A stretch of DNA of 16,962 nt from Paraphysomonas bandaiensis (taxonomy: Eukaryota > Protista > Chrysophyceae): contig CBFFRP010000387.1 in the NCBI GenBank assembly GCA_965644295.1, positions 1 to 16,962 on the forward strand, read 5' to 3'. Below, in pieces: positions 6,543-16,962 of this stretch. Below the pieces are notes generated by a model. That model made no database searches, was not told where the DNA came from, and saw only the letters and a list, made by a program, of their open reading frames with translations. Within the stretch, counting starts at the first letter, position 1. Each line of letters begins with the position of its first letter. The translations under genes and the position numbers were made by a program.

Positions 6543-9116
6543 CTAAGATGTAAACGAATTAAATGTTTGCTTAGTGTTGATTTCTATATCAGATGTCAAT
6601 AATAGATGGTCAGAGGGCCAGGTGGAATTGGGAAAGGGACCATCCTGCGGAGAATACAAAAACTCAGTTTGCCAATCCTTCGAGTCACAAGACGAGGACT
6701 GAGAAAAGGTTTCTCGAAGAGTTCCTGGCAGTCGCCCTAAATATTTACATAATACACAGGGCAACAATATCTACATCATTTTATTGCACTACACTGGATA
6801 CTACACAGCATGGGAATATTAAATGTGAATTTACCTTTTTCTATCCCTAATGATGATGGTAAAACACTTGCTGAGAGCACATGGCATTCCTCCGAGACGA
6901 ACACATAGTCCAAAGTCCTGAAGAAACGCGATTAATATATACAAGAATGATACCAACAAGTATCACGTAGTATGTACGTTGTAGCTTTACGAATATGTTG
7001 CTGAGCATAACGAACAAGGTTGAATACACTACAAGGATTCGTACCCCGAAAACTCTGAGGTCCAGTTAGTATAGGATGGGTCCTCACGATGCAGGTCTTT
7101 ATACACGCTCCTAAGAGCTGGAATTCGATCTTCTTTTCCTCCACATCGAACACAGGATTCGTCTTTATTCACATGACTCCGACAAGTCTCTTCATTCTCA
7201 CCTCCAAACTGTGAGGTAGTAGGAGCTTTTTTTAGCAGTGCCTCATCTCTAAGTCTGAACATTTCTTGCAGAGAGGGGGCGGAAACAACTCTCTCCCCAA
7301 GAATATCCTCAATTCCATCTGCACTCGGACTCGTATCAGTATCTTCCTCTGTTACCCAAAGGTGCGGACACCGGGCGTACAACAAATCGAAGAGCTCGTG
7401 GGCTAAAACCATAGCCCGCGCAGGAGAGCTTCGTTCATTTTCACTCCACCAATATGGCTGCGTAAAACAAATCATACAAGTCAATTAATTTCATCCATTT
7501 AACATATGACGTTACGACAAACTATTGCATGTACACTGTTTAACATACATCTGAAACATTGTACCTAGTGCGCATAATCATATTTATATGTGCTATTGGA
7601 GGTATGTACACATCATGTACAATGGAATACAATACACACTTATGTCTAATAACCTGCAAAAATTTGCACTCCAAGAACAAAAACTTATCATGTCATAGTA
7701 AAGTGTTGTGTACATCGTAGCACGGGCGTTCAGTGTGTATTAATCGCGCACAAAAAGAATATAAGGCAATGATTAAATCCTCAACTACCTGATAACACTC
7801 CTTGCACATAAAAATCTCTCGATCCTTAGGCACCCAAGGCATGCTTGTCCTTCCGTTCTCTCTAGCTTTCTCCACATATTCTGCACCCTGACAACTAACA
7901 ATACCTCCTCCGCACTTACCGCACACCGTCAAAAACCTGTCTTTCAGTAAAGGAAGCCTGTATCTGTTGTATATATCCACCAGCGCTTGTTTAGGATCTT
8001 TAGGATCAACAAGTACACTTTCTGGGCAAGCTGAACGCAGTCTCATACCCTTGCTTGTCGTCAACAATACCCGGTCCTCAATGCGGGCTCGCTGAAATAC
8101 TTCCTGGTACTCAGGATGTGCATTCTTCGGAGGTAGTCCTTCTAGACCATATATTATACATATACAATAGTGTAGGGGTTTCTTAGAAATAGAAGTGTGT
8201 GTGCGACATATTAACTTGTGTCCCAGGGTATAGTGTACTAAGATTCGTAGTGCTATTTTTTAGCGATGGGCTGTAGCATCGTATTAGATGAACAATACAC
8301 AACTAAAACTACGAGCGAGCAGTGTTGGGTACCTGTAGTTTTCAGATTCTGACTCTTGGAAGGGCAGTGCATCGCAGCATCAAGACCAAGCACTCTTAAC
8401 CACCGACAGAGCCTCGAAAGGCTACTATCACATAGAAATTTCACCTGACCGCCCGCCATGCGCCGGTGCATGGAGACATAGGTCTCAGGGGTTGAGTGCG
8501 CAGAAGAATAAGCACATGGACACCAACTGGATGTCAGCAACTTGTACGGCTCACTAGTAGGAGTGGAATTAAAATCACCAGCCAAAACTATTGGTATGTT
8601 AGTATTTCTCATCAATGACTCTCGAAATTTACGGATTCTATCCAGCAGATAGCGAGATTGAGCTTCTTTAACATCTTCGAATGCAGGATTCCAATACAAA
8701 TGAGCAGTAGACACGATGATATCACAGGACGACTCCTTATGTCGAAGACATGCAATAATACCAACATTATGACGTCGATAATTGTGATAAATGCTCTTAT
8801 CAGTATCCGCATATGGCTCTGCAAGATCATCAAAGTAAATATCTTCATATGATATAAGATCAAATCTATCAGCTGCATAAGCCACCAAACATCCATCTTG
8901 TTTATATGGTCTTTTTATATAGATACAATTATGTCCCATTATTGATAATAAGGGACAAAATGTGTCTTGATAATGATCGACTTCTTGTAGGCAAATCACA
9001 TCGTACGAATGCAATACACGGATGATAGAGGTGATAAGATCCTTACGATGAGTCCAGTTAGTTGAACTATAACAATTGGCAAGAGTATTCCAACAAGCTA
9101 ATTTAATATGTATCAT
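6543..9116 (-). CDS. CCR4/Angel/nocturnin-like EEP nuclease with an internal Mut7-C domain; exons 9116-8333, 8141-7789, 7457-7045, 6917-6835, 6736-6543 (about 608 aa)
   Basis: All four introns are GT-AG and phase-compatible (1827 nt = 609 codons). EEP motifs: WNTLA, DVICLQEVD, AHLYWNP, GDFNS, YTNW..F.GTLDYVF (spanning a splice junction), PSDH. Mut7-C motifs: KFLCDSSLSRLCRWLRVLGLD, ARIEDRVLLTT, CGKCGG, CKECYQ/PYWW. Confidence 0.88.
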
Positions 9117-9290
9117 ATTTGTGATGGTTAGTATATGGGGGGGTTAATGTATGGAGATGTGTGTAGGATATGGAGCTACATGGAGGGCTGGATGCACGTG
9201 TATATGGACATGTATGTAGAGGGGCCAGCTATACCATATACACATATACATATATATACAGCAGTAAGTATATATACAGAGGACACAGTA

Positions 9291-9453
9291 CAGGGGGTGG
9301 TTGTGCATATCGATTTCATCGTTTATTTCATCGTTTATTTCATTGAAAAGTCATCGATTTTTCAGTGAAAAGTGAAAAAAAGTGACTTTTTAATGAAAAA
9401 TCGACGACTTTTCAATGAAATAAACGATGAACAATATGCACAACCACCCCCAG
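9291..9453. mobile_element. 163-bp palindromic MITE-like element, possibly Tc1/mariner type with TA TSD
   Basis: Left arm CAGGGGGTGGTTGTGCATAT...TTTCATTGAAAAGTCATCGATTTTTCA. The right arm is its near-perfect reverse complement, ending ATATGCACAACCACCCCCAG. TA lies on both sides (9289-9290, 9454-9455). No coding capacity. Confidence 0.7.
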
Positions 9454-9601
9454 TACTATAGCATATATATACATATATATACAGAGGCTAGACACAGTAC
9501 TGTATATATATACAGATATGTATGAGGACAGCGTAGCGTATATATGTACAGTATGTGTGTATGGAGAGTATGTACATGTATGTATTCCTACAGCAGTTCT
9601 C

Positions 9602-9644
9602 TGTACTGCTGTACCGTCCATATGCACTATGGTACAGCAGTACA
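9602..9644. repeat. Perfect 14-bp inverted repeat with 15-nt loop, inside a longer imperfect fold-back (about 9543-9671)
   Basis: TGTACTGCTGTACC (9602-9615) / GGTACAGCAGTACA (9631-9644). Outer arms CAGTATGTG..TATGGAG / CTCCATA..CACATACTG. Confidence 0.75.
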
Positions 9645-9904
9645 CTCCATATATACACCACATACTGCATACTTCACCACATTCATAGTCAGAATACTGT
9701 ATACTGTATTCTCATCTCATCCCTATGAAAAATGCCGTTGACTCCACTGTATTCCACTGTATTACAGCACCTGATTCAACCAACTCAACTGTTAATGTCT
9801 ACTGAACCCCCCTCACTCTCATTATTCTTCAATATATCGGCTATACCAGCCAGTGTATAGTCATATCTTGTATTTGTTATTCTAGAATAAGTTCAGTGTG
9901 TGTA

Positions 9905-12839
9905 ATGGGCAAGTTCAAATACAAGGTAAGTGCCTATAGCCTCTAAACGCATGCAATTGACTGGTTGCAGATCACTCAGCATCACGGATACCACAGTGCC
10001 AATCAAGTCTTTATTCCTGGTAATTTTGCAATAGCTATGGTAAATTAATTACTACATGCAACTAAACATATCATTTATATCATTTTTTATTAGTCATATT
10101 TCTCTGTGGGGTTTACGACTTCATTCATGGCCACGCCTCTCAATATCTACCTTGTATCTACTCTCAATGCTGAGCCACCCATGCAAACTACAATATCTAT
10201 TTTACAAACTCTTCCTTGGTCATTAAAGTTGATATTCGGATTTATTAGTGATGTATTGCCAATCAATGGGATGCACAGGAAGCCTTATTTATCGATAGGC
10301 GCACTGGTGTATTCCTTTGCGTTGATGGGGTACGCTATACTGGGTATCAATGATGTAGTAGTACTGGCGATTACTCTGTTTGTGGCCACTATGGGAATGA
10401 TTATGATGGACGTCATGGCGGATACTATGGTAAGTATATTTTGCACTCACATGACTAGTATTCGAGATCGATGTCATGCGTTAATATAAATGATCGCTTT
10501 GCTAATGTATGTAGTGTGTTGAGAGGTCTAGGTTCGAGCCAGAGGATATACAAGGACAAATGCAATCAAGTTATTACTCTATTAGATTTGCAGGTACCGA
10601 ATTTTATGAAATTTTGTGATGGCTTTGTATATATATACATATATATTTCGAATTCGTGCTGCAAATTAGTTCGGTGGGTGTGACAATATGTGAGCCATAA
10701 TTGAAAACTACTTCAAGTGACTATTTATTCCTTTTAAGATATTAACATATCGATAATCGTACGAATTCTATTGTGAATAATGTATTTTAGGCGCGTTGAT
10801 TGGTTCAGTTATGGGGGCCCTCGTTAGCAACCGAGATATATGGGGATGGGGCCTCACGTTCAACCAGGTAGCTTTAATAACAGGCTGCGTTCCATTCGTG
10901 CTGGTTTGCCCATTTCTATTCAGGTAATCCCAGTGTATATTCTGCACTTTTTTAGTTATAATATGTAAATTTCCTGGACTTCGTTTTTACAACAGCCTCC
11001 GGGAAAAATACCGAAGAGTGCCACTGTCATTGGCCGAAGGGGCGTCTAGTGATATGGTGGAACTGCCTGCGGACGAAAGAGTCCTGATTTACGACAGTAC
11101 TGCTACTGCCATGTCTGTTGTGGAGATGTCAAAGACGACTTCCGCTCCCAATCTCATGTACCCCTACTCTTACCAACGTACGTGACGTGTTCTGCAATTT
11201 TTATCAGTGTATACTTTTCATGACGCGACTTAGAACTATTGTTCATCTATCGGAAGTATTCAGTATATATATCGCTCTGTGATGAGTGGAAAGCCACAGT
11301 TTAGATGTCATGATGTTGCAGAGATGTCTGGGACTGATGATGCCGAGGCTGCTGTGCTGATTCAGAGGTGTAAAAGTGACCTGAGTACTCCTGTATCCAA
11401 CTTCTTTGAGGATATTGATGAAGAGGATACCTCTGCGTTGTCACCTTTGTCGAGACAATGCCAGGAGATATGGCAGACTGTTCAGCTCAAGTCTGTATGG
11501 AGACCAATGGTAGAATCACCTTATCTTTCACTTATTCTAAAATCGACCTATTATATTAACTGCACACTATACGTAGGCATTTGTCTACTGTTTCAACATG
11601 CTTCAAATACCGAATGTTGCTTGGCAGTCATATTTGCAGCTCACTCTACATTTTGAGCCGTGGGTTCTGGTGAGTACTACATAAACTGACGAAATATAAT
11701 GTTGCACACGAAGTGTTATAGTTCGATATGTATGATTTTATTGTGTAATATACTACTATTGTACGTTAGGAACACTAGTTCAGTGAGAGCGTGAAGTAGA
11801 TTGTATGACTTATTACGATATATGTAGGGTGCTATGGTAGTGGCAGGAAGCTTTATGACATTTGCCGGCGTAGTGGCATACAAGTACTTTTTCTTCAAGG
11901 TACACGTTGTATGTATTGTATTATGGGGGCATATATTGCATTGTGTTGGTCTGCGTCTTTCTGAATTGCAAATTCCTACTTAGCTGATATAGTATTGCAG
12001 ACGTCTTGGAGAAAGATATATCTGTGGTCTGTGGTCTTGACAACTTTTTTTTCACTGCTTCAATTGGTACTTATATTCCAAGTAAGTGCGTCATATGTAG
12101 TCTAAATGGGACTGCTTTTCATACTCATATGGGTGTATATCTTACATGTGTTGTTGAATCAGCTTAATACCAAGTATCTCCATATAAGCAACTATTTTTT
12201 CTCTTTGGGTGATGATGTCATTACGGCCTATATTAATGGGATACAATTTTTGCCGGTATGTATTCCGATGCGTTTCCTCATGAAGTGTAAAGATGAGATT
12301 TAACATCAACATATGCGTAATTGGTTTGGTTTCTTATTGTGATTTCTCTCCCAGCTATGCATCATGTATATGAAGCTGTGTCCCGATGGAGCGGAGGGGG
12401 CGAGCTACTCTATGCTTACAACATTTGGAAACATCGCCCTCGTTTGTGCCTCCAACCTCGGAAATATAGTGGCAGGGTTTTGGTATGTTCAATGTATACT
12501 GATATATATATGTGGCGTTGGTATTGCGTATTGACATTTGTTATTCTTTGTATGGTGCATCTCTCTTGACTATATACCAGGGATGTGTCGAATGACGCTA
12601 TGAGAGAGGGAAATACAGATGGCTTATGGAAATTACACGTCTTCACTTCTGTCATAGCTCTGTTGCCACTCTCTTTACTGTTCCTTCTCCCCCGTAACGA
12701 AGCAGAACAGGAAGAACTGCGGAAAAACGCCACCCGGTCTCGGAAGGGGGGTGCTGTGTTTCTGACTGTGCTTATCGGCAGTATTGTATGGAGTGTGGGA
12801 GCTGCCGGAGTGAAGCTGTATGAGAACTGGAGCTTTTGA
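9905..12839 (+). CDS. BT1-family folate-biopterin transporter (MFS); exons 9905-9925, 9971-10039, 10094-10429, 10515-10593, 10791-10923, 10996-11177, 11322-11509, 11577-11669, 11828-11899, 12001-12081, 12163-12255, 12355-12482, 12581-12839 (about 577 aa)
   Basis: LPWSLKLIFGFISDVLPINGMHRKPY, DVMADTM/CVER, GQMQS, LCPDGAEGASYSMLTTFGN and multiple hydrophobic helices. Twelve GT-AG introns give a continuous frame (1734 nt). The first exon and the exon 6/7 junction are the least certain. Confidence 0.9.
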
Positions 12840-14830
12840 TTCAATAGCTGTTGTGCATTCATAGTAAATTAAACCTCTGACAGCGCATCCAACGGTAGCA
12901 TATCCGAATAATGTGCTACGGTGCCGCCTAGAGCTTGTATAGGTTTAGAGCTAGGAATAAGAGAAGTAGTGATAGTACATAATAATTTATTGCCTACAAT
13001 AAAGAGCGGGTGTGTTAAGGAGCCACATTGCATCTCGATAGGATATGTGAAATTACTAGGCGTGTCTATGAATTCGATTCCTTGATATATTGTAATTCAT
13101 GCTTATGGATTAGAACTGACTTATCAATCAGTGCTGTGTTGAGTTCACCTATTTGAGAGCAATTGAAAGCTGTAGTTCAAAGATATTTGACTTATGACTG
13201 TTAATGAAGAAATACAGAAGTGGTTAACTGTATTATGAGAACTAATGTCATGATAGCAATCATAGTAGTGAAACTGATATATATTGAACATACAATCTCT
13301 TATAGTTATTATCTCCAATAGTTAATTTTGACCTCTACTTTGCTCCAGAACCTACACTGCAGTGAATCTCTAATACTGTTATGGATACAGCCACCCTGTA
13401 ATGCTGTTGTAGATGCTATCTGTGAATGTGAATACAGTGAAGGTATTGGTTCAGAAGTATAGTATAGCAGAAGTGATAACACTGTTGTGGCTGTTGAGTT
13501 CTGCACTATGATGAAATATAGATTGTGCAAAATACGCTGGATTTTGCGTAATTATGTATGGGTCACGTAGAATTGCTAAAGCTAGTATGACACCCAATGA
13601 TATGATATTATATGCATTGCTTAATTAACACTATCATTGCACAATATGAGTGAGTGTATAGTGTCATTTCGATGTTCCTATAATTTGGAGTCAGTGGTAT
13701 TGTGTTCATTCAGTACCAAATTAAAAATTGTTAAGAACATAGAGCTGATGCGGAGTAATTAAGTTAGCGCTATATATCAACTAAAACGGGATAGATACTG
13801 CAGTAAATGTAGCACTAAAAGCAATAGTACTTAATTCCTAAAGGCACGAGAACTAAATATAAAAAATACTTTCTTAGACTGCTGCGTATCTTCGGTTTTA
13901 CTACAAACATCTTTAATAGTACTATTATTTGTCAAGTTATGACACAAATTGGATGATTAGTAAGTTAACTGGACGTGTATACACTCATTAGTCAAGTTAA
14001 GATAAGAGAAGATTATAATAAATATAATAAACTATATATCACGCTATCTCTACTACCACTCATTTCTAGTACGATCTTACATCGTCATGATATCACTTCT
14101 CATAATACAGCTCATCACTACTGTATTCTCCAGTAACCGTCATAATTCCAATATCTTAGAATTACAGCTTTTAATTGCTCAAACAGCAAAACTCAACATT
14201 ATTTCAATCTATGTTTTGCACTCACCTAAGCATTGCTCTACACGCAAAACTTAAACATACTTTGTTGCACACTGCATACTTTCAAGAAAGAATTAAGAAT
14301 ATGAATCTATCATATTCACGTAACTTCTGTTTTCAGAAACATCTATCTATTTATCACATCTTACCCCAGTCACTCCTATACCTTATATATAGCCATACAC
14401 CAGAAAATGAGTTCATTTCCTTTGTATCTATATTCATCCGTTACAGCTATGAAGGTTTCATATATTGTACACCATTAACTCACTTCAATTACACTATATA
14501 TATAGTATCACACACAAAACTCATCAGTCTTATATACAAATAAATACTAGTTATGCTGCTTATAAGTGAATACTATGGCAGCGTACTCAATCCCAAAGCA
14601 TAAAACTTCAACTAGTACAATATATATATTTATTATGATGCCACCATTTTGTGACAATGAATATCTTACACTACGTCGGAGTAATAACTAATCATGCCAT
14701 AATACTGTTGTCACACCAGTATATCACAATATGGTTCAAAATATACGGCAAATCCACATTAGAAATTTGCATTTGACATTCATACATTTTAACCAAGGTA
14801 AAAAAAAGTATATAATAATGTTCTCAATAC

Positions 14831-16651
14831 TCATTTATGTATTGGACAGACCTTCACAAAACGCTTGAAAAAGTTCATAACTGACCAATTCTTTCGCGTA
14901 TTCCCTTTAACATGATGCACCGCAATTTCATCGTCGTCATTGGGAAAGTGGCCCGCCAAAATATTCTCAATATGGCTCAGATCCAGTGGCTGACGGATGA
15001 TATGGGTGAACCCAATATCCTTCAAATCAGCTACTTCGTCAAAAAAATCTTCCGCGTGGCTATAAGGTGGAAGCATTCCTATGAAGAGGGTACTATCAAA
15101 AGTCTTTGCTAGCTCAAGCAAGTTGTATGTAGAGTTTTCTCTCTTTGTATTTTTTCCATGTGACTCATCCACTATGCGCATCATATTACTCATCATTTCC
15201 CCACCGTGCATAACAGGCATTTGCAAGTCGACAAATACTACGTCATACAAACACCGAGAGTTTCCAGAAATCGATGTCTTCTCCTCACTTATAGAATCTA
15301 TGAGTTTTCCGAGCCCCAATTGGCCATTAGTAGCACTCGTTACAGTGCAGTTTCTCCCCTCTAAGAATTCCGAAAGTGTTTCAATCACAGTCGTGCTGTC
15401 ATCAACAATGAGTACCTTGAGAGGGGTGATTCTATTGACTGGAAAATGCCTTGCGTGGGAACAATGTGGTGTTCCGGTATCCTGGAGTTCGAGTTGGGTA
15501 CAGGGAAGCCAAAAATCAAAACTAGCACATTTCAGTACATCATTTAGCTCCAGCGCCATGCCGCCTCCAATAGAGCGGAGAACCCTCCACTGATCACCCA
15601 CTACAGTATCTGAATTATTTTCTAAGTATTCAGCAGGAGAAGATAAGAGTTCCATCACTTCACCGAATATTGCCTTAAAAGTAGGTACTCTCAGAGCCCC
15701 CTCAGCACACACGATACGCACTAGCATTAATTGTCGTGAACTACTCCAGTGCAACTTCACTGTCACAACACTTCTCGGCATACCACTATCTATTGCCTCC
15801 AACATCTGACATATTTTCCCTAATGCATTAACGAGAAGTAAATCTGGGTAGGTTACACACATAGTACTCCCTCGTCCAGATGCGTCTTCGTACTCAAAAG
15901 ATACACCCAATAGTGTAACAATGTTACGCAGCTTCTGTACAAGTTCATGCACACCACGAGCTACAGAACTATAAAGACCACAAGGATCACTAGATACCTC
16001 CGACTGGAAGAGTAGATCTTTGGTCAGCATTAAGCAGCTCTCTACCACGTTTTGCAAAAATGACAACGTCGTGGAGACACCAGACAATTCATATTTAATG
16101 CCGCTTTTAGTTGCTTCGCTGATACCTGATGGTGCCGTCATTACCTCAGCAAGGAAATTCTCATAGGCGAGGGACAAATTGGCAACAGGTGTCTTCAAAT
16201 TATGTGTCAAACGAAGCAGGCTCAGACTGCGCTGATTCTCACGCATGTCGTCATTGAAATTCGATTGAGTCACCTCTTGGGCCCGATCGCGACGAAGGGA
16301 TATTAAAGTTGACACAAAACTACTGAGATCCTGCAGATCTTGTTTCTGGGCCAGGGTAAACTCCGACCATGGTTTGGTGTCTATAATACAAATCGACCCT
16401 ATTTTAACACCACCAACCAGCAGTGCAGCCCCCGCATAGAACCTTACATAAGGTGGACCAGTTACTAGCACATTGTTTTTAAAAGTCTCATCCTCATGCG
16501 AATCCAATACTACGAATACATCTGAACTTTGAGGAAGACACACATATGTACAGAAGGCATGATTACGATGAGTCTCAGAGGCTGATAATCCATCATGAGA
16601 TTTAAACCATTGTCGTTCAAGGTCGACTAGAGATACCAAGCATATAGGGAC
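14831..16651 (-). CDS. Hybrid histidine kinase-like protein (GAF - HisKA - degenerate HATPase - receiver); last exon only, 5' exon(s) outside the window
   Basis: Acceptor ctaat...tag then VPICLVSLVDLERQWFKS. GAF motifs AFC and GPPYVRFYAGA.L...KIGSICIIDTKP; H-box-like THNLKTP; receiver LKVLIVDDS...DVVFVDLQMPVMHG. The listed start at 16639 is an internal TTG. Confidence 0.88.
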   Translation of the reverse strand, partial: VPICLVSLVDLERQWFKSHDGLSASETHRNHAFCTYVCLPQSSDVFVVLDSHEDETFKNNVLVTGPPYVRFYAGAALLVGGVKIGSICIIDTKPWSEFTLAQKQDLQDLSSFVSTLISLRRDRAQEVTQSNFNDDMRENQRSLSLLRLTHNLKTPVANLSLAYENFLAEVMTAPSGISEATKSGIKYELSGVSTTLSFLQNVVESCLMLTKDLLFQSEVSSDPCGLYSSVARGVHELVQKLRNIVTLLGVSFEYEDASGRGSTMCVTYPDLLLVNALGKICQMLEAIDSGMPRSVVTVKLHWSSSRQLMLVRIVCAEGALRVPTFKAIFGEVMELLSSPAEYLENNSDTVVGDQWRVLRSIGGGMALELNDVLKCASFDFWLPCTQLELQDTGTPHCSHARHFPVNRITPLKVLIVDDSTTVIETLSEFLEGRNCTVTSATNGQLGLGKLIDSISEEKTSISGNSRCLYDVVFVDLQMPVMHGGEMMSNMMRIVDESHGKNTKRENSTYNLLELAKTFDSTLFIGMLPPYSHAEDFFDEVADLKDIGFTHIIRQPLDLSHIENILAGHFPNDDDEIAVHHVKGNTRKNWSVMNFFKRFVKVCPIHK

Positions 16652-16800
16652 CTATCACAATAGATTAGCATTCATAGATATGAAACAAATACATCAACAA
16701 CTCTCCATATATATAACAAAACATCCATATAAATATCTCTCTATACATTCTCATATTATCTATGAACATAATACACTAATAATAACATAACACTATGTCA

Positions 16801-16962
16801 ATATATAACATAACATGCATATCATCCATATATAACATAACATGCATATCATCCATATATAACATAACATGCATATCATCCATATATAACATAACATGCA
16901 TATCATCCATATATAACATAACATGCATATCTCCCATATATAACATAACATGCATATCATCC
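16801..16962. repeat. 27-bp minisatellite, 6 copies to the window edge, probably intronic
   Basis: Unit ATATATAACATAACATGCATATCATCC at 16801, 16828, 16855, 16882, 16909 (variant ending TCTCCC) and 16936. Degenerate related sequence at about 16700-16800. Confidence 0.96.

Noticed and set aside
9135-9741. Four short ORFs in the divergent intergenic region
   Set aside because: They are translations of the MITE and of TA/CA low-complexity sequence. The shared GVVVHI peptide simply reflects the inverted repeat.
6543-12839. Functional operon-like link between the EEP::Mut7-C gene, BT1 and the retrotransposon
   Set aside because: Adjacency in a eukaryotic genome is not evidence of a shared pathway, and the Copia insertion is recent.
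12895-12919. 9-bp hairpin (GTAGCATAT/ATGTGCTAC) downstream of the BT1 stop
   Set aside because: Short, includes a G-U pair and matches no known element, so it is compatible with chance.
12840-14830. ORFs 13309-13530 and 14175-14543, or a hidden gene in the 2-kb convergent intergenic region
   Set aside because: Non-ATG starts, no motifs, and no consistent exon chain could be built.
14831-16651. Bacterial contamination or recent horizontal transfer of the histidine kinase
   Set aside because: It has a branch-point and acceptor site at 16652 and lies among intron-rich genes. Hybrid kinases are established in protists.

Overview
Eukaryotic genomic DNA: AT-rich, with short GT-AG introns. The gene set suggests a stramenopile or chrysophyte-like protist, which is inference only. 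From left to right: (1) the end of a 146-bp satellite array (1-554). (2) A very young, full-length 5,292-bp Ty1/Copia LTR retrotransposon on the minus strand (555-5846), inserted into the last satellite unit. It has apparently identical 293-bp LTRs with non-canonical TG...TA ends, a GGGTC target-site duplication, PBS and PPT. Its gag-PR-IN-RT-RH frame is broken by two -1 shifts at or near G-runs, and it has an extra folded-looking domain after integrase. (3) A 5-exon gene (minus, about 608 aa) in which a Mut7-C domain is inserted inside a CCR4/Angel/nocturnin-type EEP nuclease domain. (4) A divergent intergenic region holding a 163-bp palindromic MITE-like element and a second hairpin. (5) A 13-exon BT1 folate-biopterin transporter gene (plus, about 577 aa). 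(6) About 2 kb with no supportable feature. (7) The large last exon of a GAF-HisKA-receiver hybrid histidine kinase with a degenerate ATPase region (minus), whose upstream intron contains a 27-bp minisatellite. The strongest candidates for new biology are the EEP::Mut7-C nested protein and the Copia element with a possible chromatin-targeting domain sitting in a nucleosome-length satellite.
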